A DNA stretch of 64,000 bases from Naegleria gruberi (taxonomy: Eukaryota): the NCBI GenBank assembly GCA_000004985.1, contig GG738845.1; one strand, given 5' to 3'. Within the stretch, counting starts at the first letter, position 1. Each line of letters starts with the position of its first letter. Positions 22,792-35,938 of this stretch are shown in pieces. Position numbers and translations under genes: made by a program. A model generated the notes under the pieces. It searched no databases. It saw nothing but the letters and a program-made list of their open reading frames with translations, and had not been told where the DNA came from.

Positions 22792-25700
22792 ATGAAAGTA
22801 AACTCGTACGCACCATCAACCGCGTTTAATTTCAACGCTCCCGTGGTTGGTGGCATTTCCACTACAACAGGTAATAGTGCCAATAATGTTTCGGGTGGAA
22901 ATCTTTTTAATGGAAGTATCTTACCATCATCAACAAAAGAACAATTAATGGAATCCAAAAAATTAGTCAATCAAAATTTAGAAAAGGATAGCAAGTTTGT
23001 TGATATTTACGAACTTTCACAAAATCAAAACGATTCCTATGATGAAGTAACGTATCTTGAATTTTTAATAATTTTTAATTTTTATAGTTGTTCGTAAAGA
23101 AACAATTTGTAGCCCTTCCTGATCCAATCTTTGAAGAATATCGTAGACTTGAATACAAATGTTTCATGGGTATTTTCCCTGAAATACATAGAGCTTGGAT
23201 TACTATTGACAACAAATTCTTCATATGGAGTTACTTGGATGGTAGTGATTTTAATGAATATGATGAGTTGGATCAAATAATTATTAGTGCCGGAATTGTG
23301 AAGCCAAAGCCTAATATTTTCAAAGATTATGTTAAATATTTACTAGTATTAGCAACACCAATAGAAATTGTTCTTGTAGCTCTTGCTTTTAACAATAATG
23401 ATGTTTCCTCGCCAATTAATGGTACAGAGACAGAAAAACAACAACATCCTTCATTTGATTCACAAACAGGAAGTATTTATTCTGAAATGGAGCTTTTCCC
23501 AACAAATTATATCATCCCATCAGACAATGTAAACATGTTAAAAATTGTTGGAACAAAAAATGGAAGAATTTTCATGTGTGGAAAAGATGGATGTTTATAT
23601 GAACTTACATATGAACCTGAGGAGGGCTGGTTTAAAAGCAAATGTAGAAAGCTGAACCATTCACAAAGTTTTGTTGGACTTTTAGTCCCTTCCTTCTTAA
23701 AGTTTACTCATGATGATCCTATTATTGATATTGTCGTAGATGACACAAGAAATATTCTTTATACTCTTTCAGATAATATGACCATTGAAGTTTATGATCT
23801 TGGAGAGAATGGGGATAGTATGAGAAAGGTTGTTAGTTATTCTAATTTACTTCAAGATATGATGAGAAAATTTCCAAATTATAATTGTAACTTGAATTCG
23901 CTCAAAATTATTTCAATTGCTCCAATATCTGAAAATGAATCAAAAGCTGTTCACTTGGTTGCCATTACTTCAAAGGGAGATAGAATATTTTTTACAACTG
24001 GCTACTCTCAAGATGGACTTTCCAATTCTGATAGACCTATTGGAATATCTCTTCTTCATATCAAATCAGTTTCATTTACTAGTAACACGATGAGTAATAA
24101 CAAATTTATTCCTGGTGGATTACACAAAATTCATGAATGCTTCTATAAGGATGGTGTTTGCATTTTAGCTGATGAGCTTAGTAACCAAGTTGATTCACTT
24201 GTTTGTTTGTCAATGGAGAGAAAGTATGGAGAATATGGATTTGGTTTAAACGAAAATGTAACCACCAAGCATTTAGATAATGGTATGACACACTCTATTG
24301 CTGAAATTCCTTTGTACTTGGATCCTGTTTTGGTTTCATCCCAAAATAGTCTAAATGAACTTTCATTCCAACACATCAAACCACCAAGAGAGTTCGTTTG
24401 TTTAAGTAATAATGGAATGCATTTGTTGGTAAAGCTTAGACCTGTAGACTTTTTACAACAAATTCTCCAACAAAGTCAATCCGATAGCTTGTTAAATAAT
24501 TTTTTTACAAAATATAGTGATGATGAAGCTTGTGCAATGTGTGTTATGCTAGCTTGCGCACCTCCAGCTTATAATAATATTACTGATCATGATCAACAAC
24601 CAACTCTCCATGACGAAATGCTCATTAAGAGAGCCGAACAAGCTTTCTTTAAATATGGTGGACTTCCTAGATTAGAATCACAAGAAAGAAACATTACTAA
24701 TAACACTATGGGTGGTCCTGTATCGGCAATAGATATCAAGTATAGTGCTCAACACAATGGTTTATATTTATATTTTACAAGATTAATGAGACCTCTATGG
24801 ATTTCTCCTGTATTTAATAGCAGAGTAAGAGACAATGAAACGTTAATTACATCATTACGTTACTCTCCAAAACAGCTTAAATATGTGCAACAATGTCTCT
24901 TTGGTATTTATAATTTTTTGAAACGTAATCCCCAACTGCATGAAATACAATCTAATGTCAAAAAGTCAATCCAAGAAAAGGTTGTAGATTTATATAACAC
25001 AAAGAAAGATGAAGAAGCCAAACGATTGGAACAAAGATCCATCCACAACTTGTATGTCTTACTCAAGAGATGCTACCAAGGATTGATTTTTTTATACTTT
25101 ATGGATAAGTGTAAACTTGCTACATTATTCTCTTCGTACTCACATACTCGAATTTCTCAAATAGCCAGAATGCCGTTCTGTGATTTATTCTTGACATCAG
25201 AAGGCGAAAAGATGATGAAAGAAATGGTAAGAATGGTTGTGATGAGAAGTAAAGAGGTTGATGCCAAACAAAAAATATGTGAAGAACTCAAGAGTTGTGA
25301 TGAGTTCTTTGATCCAAAGGATTTGGAGGAATATAAGGCATTGGATGCATTGGAAAAGGCTAAAATTAAGCACGATCAAGATTCTATGTTTGAATCACTT
25401 GAAATGTTTAAAAAGATTGCTGGTCATATTAATATTTTGGTTGTTTGTAAGGAATTCCAAAAACTTGGCTATTATACAGGTGCTGTTGAATTGGCATTAA
25501 CAAGCGCTGAACAAAGGGATCCAAGCAACTTGGCCTTAGAATGGATAAAGGCAGGTAAACCAGCTCTTGACATGGCTGGTCAGCAAGCTTTCGCTGCTAG
25601 AAATGAATGTTATACATGTGCTTTGAGCTCCTTAGATTTGGCAGATAATGAGGAATCACCAATAATTGGTAATCAAATTGACAAGGAAACCAAATTCTCT

Positions 25701-26786
25701 GATATTCTGGAAAAAATGTCCAAATCAAAGGACTCTCTTTTCCATGACACTCTTTATCAATGGTTAATCGAGCACAATCTCTCTGAAAAGTTATTGAGTT
25801 TGAATACTCCATTTATTGAAAATTTCTTAATTAAGCAAAACAAGCATTATGAGGAGCTTTCTTCTTACTATTTTAATAATAGAAGGTATGATAAGGCAGC
25901 AAAGGTACTTCTTAAACTTGCTGAAACTAAAAGTGATGATGTTAACCTCGATGGAAGAATTCAACACCTCACCCATGCAATTAATTATGCCAAAGCAGCC
26001 CAAACACAGGATGATTTACTAAACAGCCTTCAAGATAAATTAGATGTAGCACTCATCCAACGAAGAGTTCTTAAGCAAATACAAGAAATCAACCATGACT
26101 CGAGTGATATTATTGCTGATTTGGAAAGCTCTCTCTTTGATATTAATACTCTTTATAATAAGTATGCAGAGCCTTTTGATTTGTTAGAGTCTAGACTTTG
26201 TATTCTTCACTGTGCAAAATATAAGAATCACGAGCTAATTCAAGATTTATGGAATGAATTGATTGATATCTCTATTAAAGAGAATAATCTTGAATCTAAG
26301 ATTATAAGTTTAGGAAAGGAACTTACTGGTATTTACTTCCCTCTTGAATTTATTTGTGGCCAATTAGAAAAGAGAACATTGGATTCAAATTTTGAAGCTG
26401 GTTGGGTGGTTAAACTAATGAGAGATAAAGTTGGTGTGAAATACACCAACTTGTACAATGCATACCACAACTTGTATATTTTACTTAGTCCAACCAAGTC
26501 AAAAGTTGGAAAGGATGTAAGCATGTTCTATAATCAAGGTAGATTCGAAAATCTTCCAGACACAAAAGAAATGGTGCTCAGAATTTTAGAAAATATTGCA
26601 AAGATTCTTGGTGATTGGCTAGGCGAAATTAACACACCATACGATTTGCAATACGTCCAAACTTTCTCATTGGGAGATATCAAGAAAGATGTTAATGAAT
26701 ATATTTCAGCCTTGAATTCATTCTCAAAGAGTTCTAAAACTGATGAAATCAAAAAGAATTTAAAGAACATTGTCAATAGTATTTAA
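22792..26786 (+). CDS. NUP155: Nucleoporin Nup155/Nup170 family, two exons.
   Basis: 'CFMGIFPEIHRAWITIDNKFFIWSYLDGSDF' vs human NUP155 '[31 protein letters not shown]'. '[38 protein letters not shown]' vs '[38 protein letters not shown]'. A 41-nt intron sits at 23047-23087. Confidence 0.85.
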
Positions 26787-26835
26787 TAAATTAACGGAAA
26801 CTTTCCCGCCTTTTGAATATAATTAAACAAAAAAA

Positions 26836-27879
26836 ATGGAATTGTTCGACATTGAAGAAGCCATAATGAACCACCAAACCAAGAGTATTTCGGATCATGA
26901 TCAAGTAACAATAGAAAAACCATCAAACACAAGTAATCACACACAAGATGAACAAGCAGAAAATCACACACCACTAATTTTACATGATCCGCTTACCCAC
27001 TCCGTTGAGCATAACAACTCGGATACAATGAACACTTCATTAACGGATGAACCAATGGAACCTGTCACAAATAGTAACATTGAAAAGCAAACATCTTGTT
27101 CATCTCCTTCTATTCCCACATCAATAACTAATAATTCTATGTCTGCATCACCTTCAGAACAGCTAAACACTTCTTTTGAACAAATTAGACAACCGGAAGA
27201 GCAACAATTGCATCGTTTTGCAGAGGACAAAGAAGAACTAGGAAGATATCACTCCCTGAAGCAAGCCATTGATACCATGTTCAAAAATGTAATGAATATG
27301 CGGGGCACTAATGTTCAATCACATAGAAATGAGACCCCTTTTGATATTGCTGTATCTCAATTCCCCAAACAATTTCTTCAAAAATACGAAAGTGCAATGC
27401 TAGAAGTTTTCATAGCAATGCAAAAACGAGAATCAGAAGGTTTCCTGGAAGAATGTAGCCATTACTTGAAAGAAAGAGGGGTCAGACAAAAACTGAATGC
27501 TCTAGATCGAACACATAAATTGAGTGATTGTATAGTTTATATGAAAAGAGGCACAGTCCTTAGCCAAACGGAATCTAGTTACGTTGTTTTATCAAAAGAG
27601 TTGGAAGATGAAAATTTAATGAAGAAAAAAACCTGTCTTTCCCAATTACAAGATTACCTCCAAATCAAGAAGCAATTTCTACAAGAAATACAAAACCATA
27701 ACAATCACGTAAGGCATATGAATGAGGAACTAAGGAAAAAGAATGATTTCCTTATGGAATGTATTCAAACCAGCCTATTACCCGATCTGAAATCGAAACT
27801 TTCTCCAATACTCTCTTCATGCGAAAACATAGATGATTATTGCAATAGAGCACAATCACAACAATCCTCATACAACTAG
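26836..27879 (+). CDS. Hypothetical 347-aa protein: S/T-rich N-terminus and predicted coiled-coil C-terminus.
   Basis: Long ORF with an A-rich Kozak start and a clean stop. I recognised no family. Confidence 0.45.
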   Translation: MELFDIEEAIMNHQTKSISDHDQVTIEKPSNTSNHTQDEQAENHTPLILHDPLTHSVEHNNSDTMNTSLTDEPMEPVTNSNIEKQTSCSSPSIPTSITNNSMSASPSEQLNTSFEQIRQPEEQQLHRFAEDKEELGRYHSLKQAIDTMFKNVMNMRGTNVQSHRNETPFDIAVSQFPKQFLQKYESAMLEVFIAMQKRESEGFLEECSHYLKERGVRQKLNALDRTHKLSDCIVYMKRGTVLSQTESSYVVLSKELEDENLMKKKTCLSQLQDYLQIKKQFLQEIQNHNNHVRHMNEELRKKNDFLMECIQTSLLPDLKSKLSPILSSCENIDDYCNRAQSQQSSYN

Positions 27880-27903
27880 TTGGAGAAACTATATAGTGTC
27901 ACT

Positions 27904-30900
27904 TTATTGGAAATTTACGGATATCTCAGTATTGTTTTCCATAAATACAAACTCTGCAATGTAATAAATAGCATGAGGAGAAATTGTGTGATTTTTCCCA
28001 ATTCTTTCTTTAAAGTAAAATCCTTCGATGAACCAATCAAACACATTATCTACCATAAAGCCAAAATTGTCGTTCAAGTCGTACAACTTTTGTGGTTCAG
28101 GGAAATGAAAAAGTGCTTTTGGATTTTTGCATACAGTCCTTGCCTCCACTACCTTATCAAAAAGGGAATAGAATTTAATTCTTTCTGTCTCTGTAGTATC
28201 ACATTTTACATTAAATACAATCTTTCCTTGATTTTCATCCTCCATCATATCTGAGTCTTGTCTTATTATGTGAAATTGGTAATAGGTTATTGGAGCTTTA
28301 AATATATGGTCAACTGTCACATGTCGTTTCTGTTCATAGAATAGAATGCTTCCATGTTTGTTAATAAATAACTGCTTGGGTATTTGATCAGGTAATTGGA
28401 TCGGTATTTTTTCCATTGAAACAGAGATGGTTTTGTTCGTAGAGAATATTGGAAGACTAAGGCTCATACTTTTGTTAGATTTCTTTAAAATGTTTCCATA
28501 TGCGCGAGAAATGAGCTCAGAACTACTAGTAGTTCCTACATTTTTGAATTGAGTGTTCAACTGATTTACCCATTTTTTTCTTTTTTCGGCTTGTATTGGA
28601 TCAAATTTTTGGTTCTTTTCTAAGTTAACTCTAATTTTGTTGTTTTCTATTTGTATGTTTAGAGCAATCTCATTATAATATCTGTTCTCCTCGGTTTCGA
28701 ATATCTCATCTTTAGTTAGACGAGAAGTGTGCGTCTTAGTAGCTCTGAGTTTAATAGAAGGAGCTCTTGGTTTTTGTAGTGTTGGAGGGATATATACAGT
28801 TATATCAGAATCCATTCCACCTATTTCATTTGAAAATGTACCATCATCAATATTTTGAGGTTCTGTAGGTTGAATGGATCCTTGGATTGGTGGATTGGTG
28901 GTTGTAAGCACATGAAGATCTTCAAATACTATATTCATACTGGCATGATTATCTGTATCTATCTGTTCATGTGCTGAGTTTTGTACAACGTTAGAAGATG
29001 TTTCTTCAATAAGAATAGGTGCAACTTCAGTTTCTTTCTTACGTTTTGGAATTTTCACGCTTGCCAAATCTACTGTTTCATCTGTATGTTGTGATATGAT
29101 GGTTGGAATTTTGATAATACACGACAAATTTGAATTTTCATTTTCTATTGCTTTTTTCTTTTCCTCTTTCTTTTTTTCCTTTTTTTCCTTTTTTTCTTTC
29201 TTTTCTTTTTTCTCTTCTTTCTTTTTCTCCTTCTTTTCTTTCTTCTCTTTCTTCTCTTTTTTTTCTTTCTTTTCTTTCTTTTCTTTTTTCTCCTCTTTTC
29301 TATCTTCTCTTTTTGATTTATCTTCCTTCATTTTCTTATCATCCTTAACTTTATCTTCTCCTTTCTTTTTAATAGATGGCAGTGGAATGTCCATAGAAGG
29401 AGAAAAAATACCAATAGGACCCTCGGATGATGTGCTGGGTTGTATTGGTTGAGTACTTGGATATATTGAGGTACTACTTGGAGGTAGAGGTGGAGGAAGT
29501 ACCAATTGCATTGGTTGAACTGTTTGAGTACTTGGGTATGTTGATGGAGGAGATTGCACAGTTGAAGGAGTTGGGTTTCAGGAACCTCTCGCTGAAGTGT
29601 ATTATTCTCTAAATTATTTTCCAAAAAAACTGGAGAAGGAGGTTTGATTTCAGGTTTGGTTTTCTTTGCTATTTTTGGAATGTCATGAAAGGCTGTTGTC
29701 TGTATTAATACACTTGTAGATGATTTAACATCTGTAATTGGATTAGGGAATTTTTCAGACTCATTAATAGGAGTCTCTAATATACGAGTGGTGTTTAGCT
29801 CATTAACAGGCACAGGGGGGATACTGTCTTTTGGTGACTGTTTTCTGTTTGACTTTATCTCATTGTCTGAATCAGAAGATTCTGTTTCTTCATCCTCCGA
29901 GTTAATAATTTTTTTGGACAATGGTCTAGATTCTCTTGGTTCTTCCTTTTCAATAGTAGGTTGGGAAACTGTTGGGGGTGTAATCGAAACAGGAATTTCG
30001 TATGACATAGTTCCCGGAGATAGTTCAGTAATCTTCTTTGTGTGCAATAAACTTTCAACATCGGCCATAAATTTTATCATTGCTTTTGTTGCCTTTGTGG
30101 TTTTTTTTGTTGTTACTTTTTCCACTTCATGTTTTACACATTTAGTTATGTGCGATAAATCTGATATCAGTGCATCCACATTCCTATAGAAATGACTCTG
30201 TAGTCTACCAGATACAGTAGCAAATAGCATTGGATGGGGAGTATTTTGAAGAAATGGAAGGTTTGAGCATTCAGAATTTGTGAAATCTGTTAAAATTTGT
30301 GCTACTTTTGTTTCAAGTGTAGGATCTATTTTTGGTAGTACTTTTTTCGCTTCTTCTTCTACTTCTTTGATTTCCCAAACACTAATATCTTCCGTGTCAT
30401 TTGTATCCCATGAGATGTGCAAGGTTTCAAATAGGCAATGAGGTTCATTAGGTTTAGTTTTGATCTCTTGAATTAAACCAGTGTAGGGAATTGGTAGCTT
30501 TGTAGTGGCATCAATAAAATCCATAGTTATTGACATTTTATCTCTGAGTGATTTATAGTATTGTGCTGATTTCAAATAGTGTTCGTATGTGATAATGAAT
30601 GGCCTACAATCCGAATAGCATAAATCAAAATTAAGAGTATCACCAACCTTTACCGAGTAAGGCAAAGTACTGTTGAGAATTTCCTCTTTCATGATTTCTT
30701 TTACTGTGAGTGTTAGAGTAAAAAAATTAAATCTACTTGGTTTTAATCCATTTTGTGACTTTGATATTAAACTATCCAATTCAGTGATGAAAACATTCTT
30801 GTATTCGATTTTGGATATGATACACCTAGTAGAAGGGGGAAATTTAGATACATCCCTCTTAAATCCATTAGGTGTTTGTTTAGTTTGAAAATATTTTAGA

Positions 30901-31259
30901 AAAAATGGAAGTACAGTGTGTTTTGTAACACTTTCACAATAGGAGATATACCCATCCCTAATGAAAACAATATCATCACCCAATTGTGGGACATAGAATT
31001 GAGTAGGTTTGTAGTCTGTTTCAAATGCAATATGAACAGATTGCTCCAAAGTTTGTTTAAAGTCATCAAAATAAGTGTCATAATCCTTATTAGCTTCCTC
31101 CTTCACTGAGAGAGTTCCGTTTTTATACTCATAAACTTGTTTCGATTTAGATCTTGTAGTTTTTGTTTTTTTTCTTGTGTTTTCACTTTGTACGTGTTCA
31201 TTGTCACTATCATCGGTTGATTCCGATCCCGTACTTTTTGATGGTTGTTTTCTCTTCAT
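27904..31259 (-). CDS. Large chromatin-protein-like gene, about 1100 aa if joined. It has a BRWD/PHIP-like 'GDxVxFxRxGY' module, an acidic/basic (KEKKEK)n tract and a P/S/T-rich segment. The reading frame is interrupted by a +1 shift near 29560-29580.
   Basis: ORF 29328..31259 (N-terminal part: 'YVPQLGDDIVFIRDGYISY', like BRWD1/PHIP 'PQMGDEVIYFRQGHEAY') and ORF 27904..29559 (P/S/T-rich, then ~50 residues of KEKKEKKEKK, then a C-terminal globular domain) overlap in different frames. The sensible frame switches within 'cctgaaacccaactccttcaactgtgcaatctcc'. The 'M' at 29559 is a GTG. Confidence 0.5.
29150..29340. repeat. About 190-bp polypyrimidine (top strand) / polypurine tract encoding a (KEKKEK)n low-complexity repeat.
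   Basis: The top strand is almost pure C/T ('ttttctttcttttcttttttctcttctttc...'). The + strand poly-F/S ORFs at 29096..29452 are its antisense artefacts. Confidence 0.8.
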
Positions 31260-31351
31260 TTTTTTAATTATTAATAATATTCAAAAATAATATTCTGATG
31301 ATATTAAAATTTTCCAACATACAACAAATTCCATACAACAAAAAAAATATC

Positions 31352-32838
<1,487 letters not shown>

Positions 32839-32844
32839 ACTTTA

Positions 32845-35242
32845 TCACTTTTTAAACGATTTTTGTTTTTCTATCTTTGATAATTGCAAAGCTTCTTGAA
32901 TACTTTTTTCCAATTTTCCAATTTCACTTTCTACTTCATTGGCAAAATTTAGAAGCTCGTTTAGGTTTTTGTTGTCTATCAATTCCTCAGAAACTTCTCT
33001 ACATTCTGTGCAGTGGTAATGGAATGAATTGGTGGCATGATCCAATTTTTTGACTTTGTCGATACTGCAACATTTTGTGCAAAAGGCATGCCCACATGTA
33101 AATATCTTGGGTCGAAGCGTTGGTTCTTTGCAATGACAACACTTAGTATATCTCTCAACACCTTCGTAGAGCACCTTAATTCTGAATGCCACCCTCTCAG
33201 AAGAAGCAACCTTTTGAGCTAAGGAATCATAAATTTTTCTCAGATAATCATTACGATTTCTAAGTTCGTATAAAAGATGCGAATCAACTTGAGTAGGCGT
33301 TGTAATACTTTCTTCCGCATTGACTTGACTTAGTCCCTGAAGCACTTGTTTTTCTTGTTGGTTTTTGATTAAAGAGTTGTCGAAAAACATGAAAGGATTC
33401 TTTTGGTGTGGAGAAGTTTGGGCAGTACCCTTACTTTTTTGATATTCATATAATTGATCTCTCAACTGAAAAAATATAACTTCTCGATCAGTTATTATGT
33501 ACTTACGTAAGATACAGTGTCTCTAGTTCTAGATAAATTTTCATGAAGCTCTTTGTTAACCATAAACATTTCAAAAAGAGCTTTTTCATTCAAGGTCCCA
33601 TCTTCATTAAAGAAGTGTTTAATGAAATCAGCCATTAAATCCTGTTTTTCTTTGTTGGATAATTTGTCATCATTCGACATTATTTTAGAAAGGGTTTGTT
33701 CTGCAGTTTTTGCAGGTCTTCCATTAATCATTTTATCCATTTCTTTCTTCATGGATTCATATCTTTCTTTATACATAGACATTTCATTAATTAAATTACT
33801 GGCATCATCATATTTTTTCCTCAGATCTGCCATTTGTTCTTTTAATTTCTTCTTTATATCAGTAATTCAGACCTCGTTCAACATACCTCTAGTTGTCTTC
33901 TTATTTGTTTATCTTTAATAAAATTATTAACTATATTATCAGATCTATCTTCCTTTACTCCAATAAGCTCGCTCGAATACTTTTTCATTATGTTCTCAAT
34001 TTCTTTTCTCATACTTAATTGAATCTTTTTAACTTTTTCTTTAAAAGCTGATGTAACTTTGAATATAATATCATTAGTCACCTTAACGTGCTCCTCAATA
34101 GTTATTGTTTCTTGGCCTTTTCTTTTTGCCTTTTCTTCCTTCAGATTCAAATAGTAGGAAGTCCTTAATGAGTCATAAATTAATTGTTCAGTTTCAGAAT
34201 TAGGATTGAAATCATTATCCTCATCCTTTTCATCATTTAAAGATATTGTATGAAATTTTGAGGACATATTGTCATCCAGCTTGGAGCTAAAACTATTAGA
34301 AGCTTCCTCCATAAAGTTTCTTATCTTCTTCCTTGCTGTTGATGGAAGAGATTTGGAGCTAGGAATATTTTTAAGACCACTATATCTCCTGGTAGCACCA
34401 GCACTAGCAACTCTGTTGAAAGATGATCTTGCAAAAACAGCGTCAGATCTGGAAGTTAAGGTTACTGATCGTGTGAGATCTTCTTCACTTTTTACCCAAT
34501 TTACCCTTACACTGTTCAAACTATTTCCAAATGCATCTGTTGTTAACATGTCTAGTGTATCAAGAGGTAACTGGGGTATATGGAGCTTGGAACTGAGAGC
34601 TCCAAGCTCTTTGGCAAAAGGTGCTTGTACACTTTTTGGCAAGACATCCAATCCTGCAGATGGGTCCACAGTTGTGGTAAAAACTTGTTGATTGTAAACT
34701 TGTTGCTCACTTCTGACAGTGGGAGAGAGAGGAGGCCTTTCTACAAAACCTCCTCCCTTTGCATTCTTATCTTTTTCAGGATTGTGTCTCAACATTGGAA
34801 ATCGTTTTAGAAGGAATTTTTGTGTATTGATTGGTCTAGAAATGTTAATCATGTCTTCGCTAACTATTTTCCTATCGACATCCGTCAATGAGGGTGGGTA
34901 CAAATCGAAAAGTGCCATTTTGTCCCTCACACCTATTGTTCTCTGTTTCTTTTCTTTCAAGTATGGTCGTTCCTTAAAAACAGGCCTATTAGGCACAGTG
35001 GTTGGTTGAACATTTTCCTTACACAGTTCTTCAGTGGGACCAATTGAAGCATCTTGTTGGGAGAAGGTTTGATTGGATTGCTCGCTTAACGTATTGAAGG
35101 TATCAGAAGAAGAGGTTGGAGTTTGTGCGGGGGATGGTATAGAGAGCCTTACACTATTAATTTGATGAAGATTGAGAGGGGGTACTCCAACTTTTGCTTG
35201 ATGAGGTGTAGATCCCGAAGATGATGAAACTACAACAGACAT
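32845..35242 (-). CDS. Ser-rich / coiled-coil protein with C-terminal C3HC4 RING finger. Three ORF-track pieces are joined by two short introns.
   Basis: ORFs 33878..35242, 33495..33833 and 32845..33465 join in frame through GTATGT (35 nt, about 33844-33878) and GTAAGT (41 nt, about 33467-33507) introns. The RING is 'CCHCKEPTLRPKIFTCGHAFCTKCC..HYHCTEC' (C-x2-C..C-x-H-x2-C-x2-C..C-x2-C). A separate-genes alternative is not excluded. Confidence 0.5.
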
Positions 35243-35354
35243 GACCAGTAGGTGTCGATGAAGATGTAGAGGACTATCCTTATCCCAATTTTATCTTTTT
35301 TTTGAAATGAACAGTTTTTGAAAGAGTAATCTTGGCGCCTTTTTAATAAAAAAA

Positions 35355-35909
35355 ATGAAGAGAGAAGAAACAACCATCGAGAGACGTCTAACCCAGCTGA
35401 AAACGCATCTGATCGGGTTTGACAATGATCATGTTGAGATTAATTCAACAAGCAATACCGATCCTAACAGCATTGTTTTTAATGCCAGACCAATAGAAAA
35501 TGATGATTTTGACAAGGGATATTTGCAATTACTTTCGCAACTCACTTCTGTTGGTGATATTTCAAAGGAGGCTTTCACACATCGTTTATCAAAAATGGAC
35601 AACGATGTTTATAGAATAGTCGTGATTGAAGATCCTACTTCAAAAAAGATTGTTGCTGCAGCAACAGTTTTTGTGGAATTGAAATTTGTACACAATTGTG
35701 GAAAAGTTGGCCATATCGAGGATGTAGTTGTAGATTCTTCTGTAAGAGGTCAGTATTTGGGTGTTAAAGTCATTGAGGCATGTAAGCAATTTGCCAAAGA
35801 AAAGGGTTGTTACAAAACCATATTGGACTGCTCTGAAAGGAATGTTTCATTCTATGAGAGATGTGGATTTAAGAAAAAGGAATTGCAAATGAGATTTGAT
35901 CACGAATAA
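35355..35909 (+). CDS. GNA1: Glucosamine-6-phosphate N-acetyltransferase (GNAT family).
   Basis: 'GYLQLLSQLTSVG..IVAAATVFVELKFVHNCGKVGHIEDVVVDSSVRGQYLGVKVI..CYKTILDCSERNVSFYERCGF' parallels GNPNAT1 '[72 protein letters not shown]'. Confidence 0.85.
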   Translation: MKREETTIERRLTQLKTHLIGFDNDHVEINSTSNTDPNSIVFNARPIENDDFDKGYLQLLSQLTSVGDISKEAFTHRLSKMDNDVYRIVVIEDPTSKKIVAAATVFVELKFVHNCGKVGHIEDVVVDSSVRGQYLGVKVIEACKQFAKEKGCYKTILDCSERNVSFYERCGFKKKELQMRFDHE

Positions 35910-35938
35910 AAGAGAATATTAACCATCCAAAAACTTCT

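Noticed and set aside
29096-29452. Plus-strand ORFs encoding poly-Phe/Ser peptides ('FFSFFSFFSFF...').
   Set aside because: These are antisense translations of the (KEKKEK)n repeat in the minus-strand gene. They are a low-complexity artefact, not a gene.
29557-29559. ORF-track 'M' start codons at 29559, 40762, 13429, 19514, 33465 and 23088.
   Set aside because: The underlying codons are GTG or TTG, or lie mid-exon. Real starts are upstream ATGs, or the ORFs are internal exons joined by introns.
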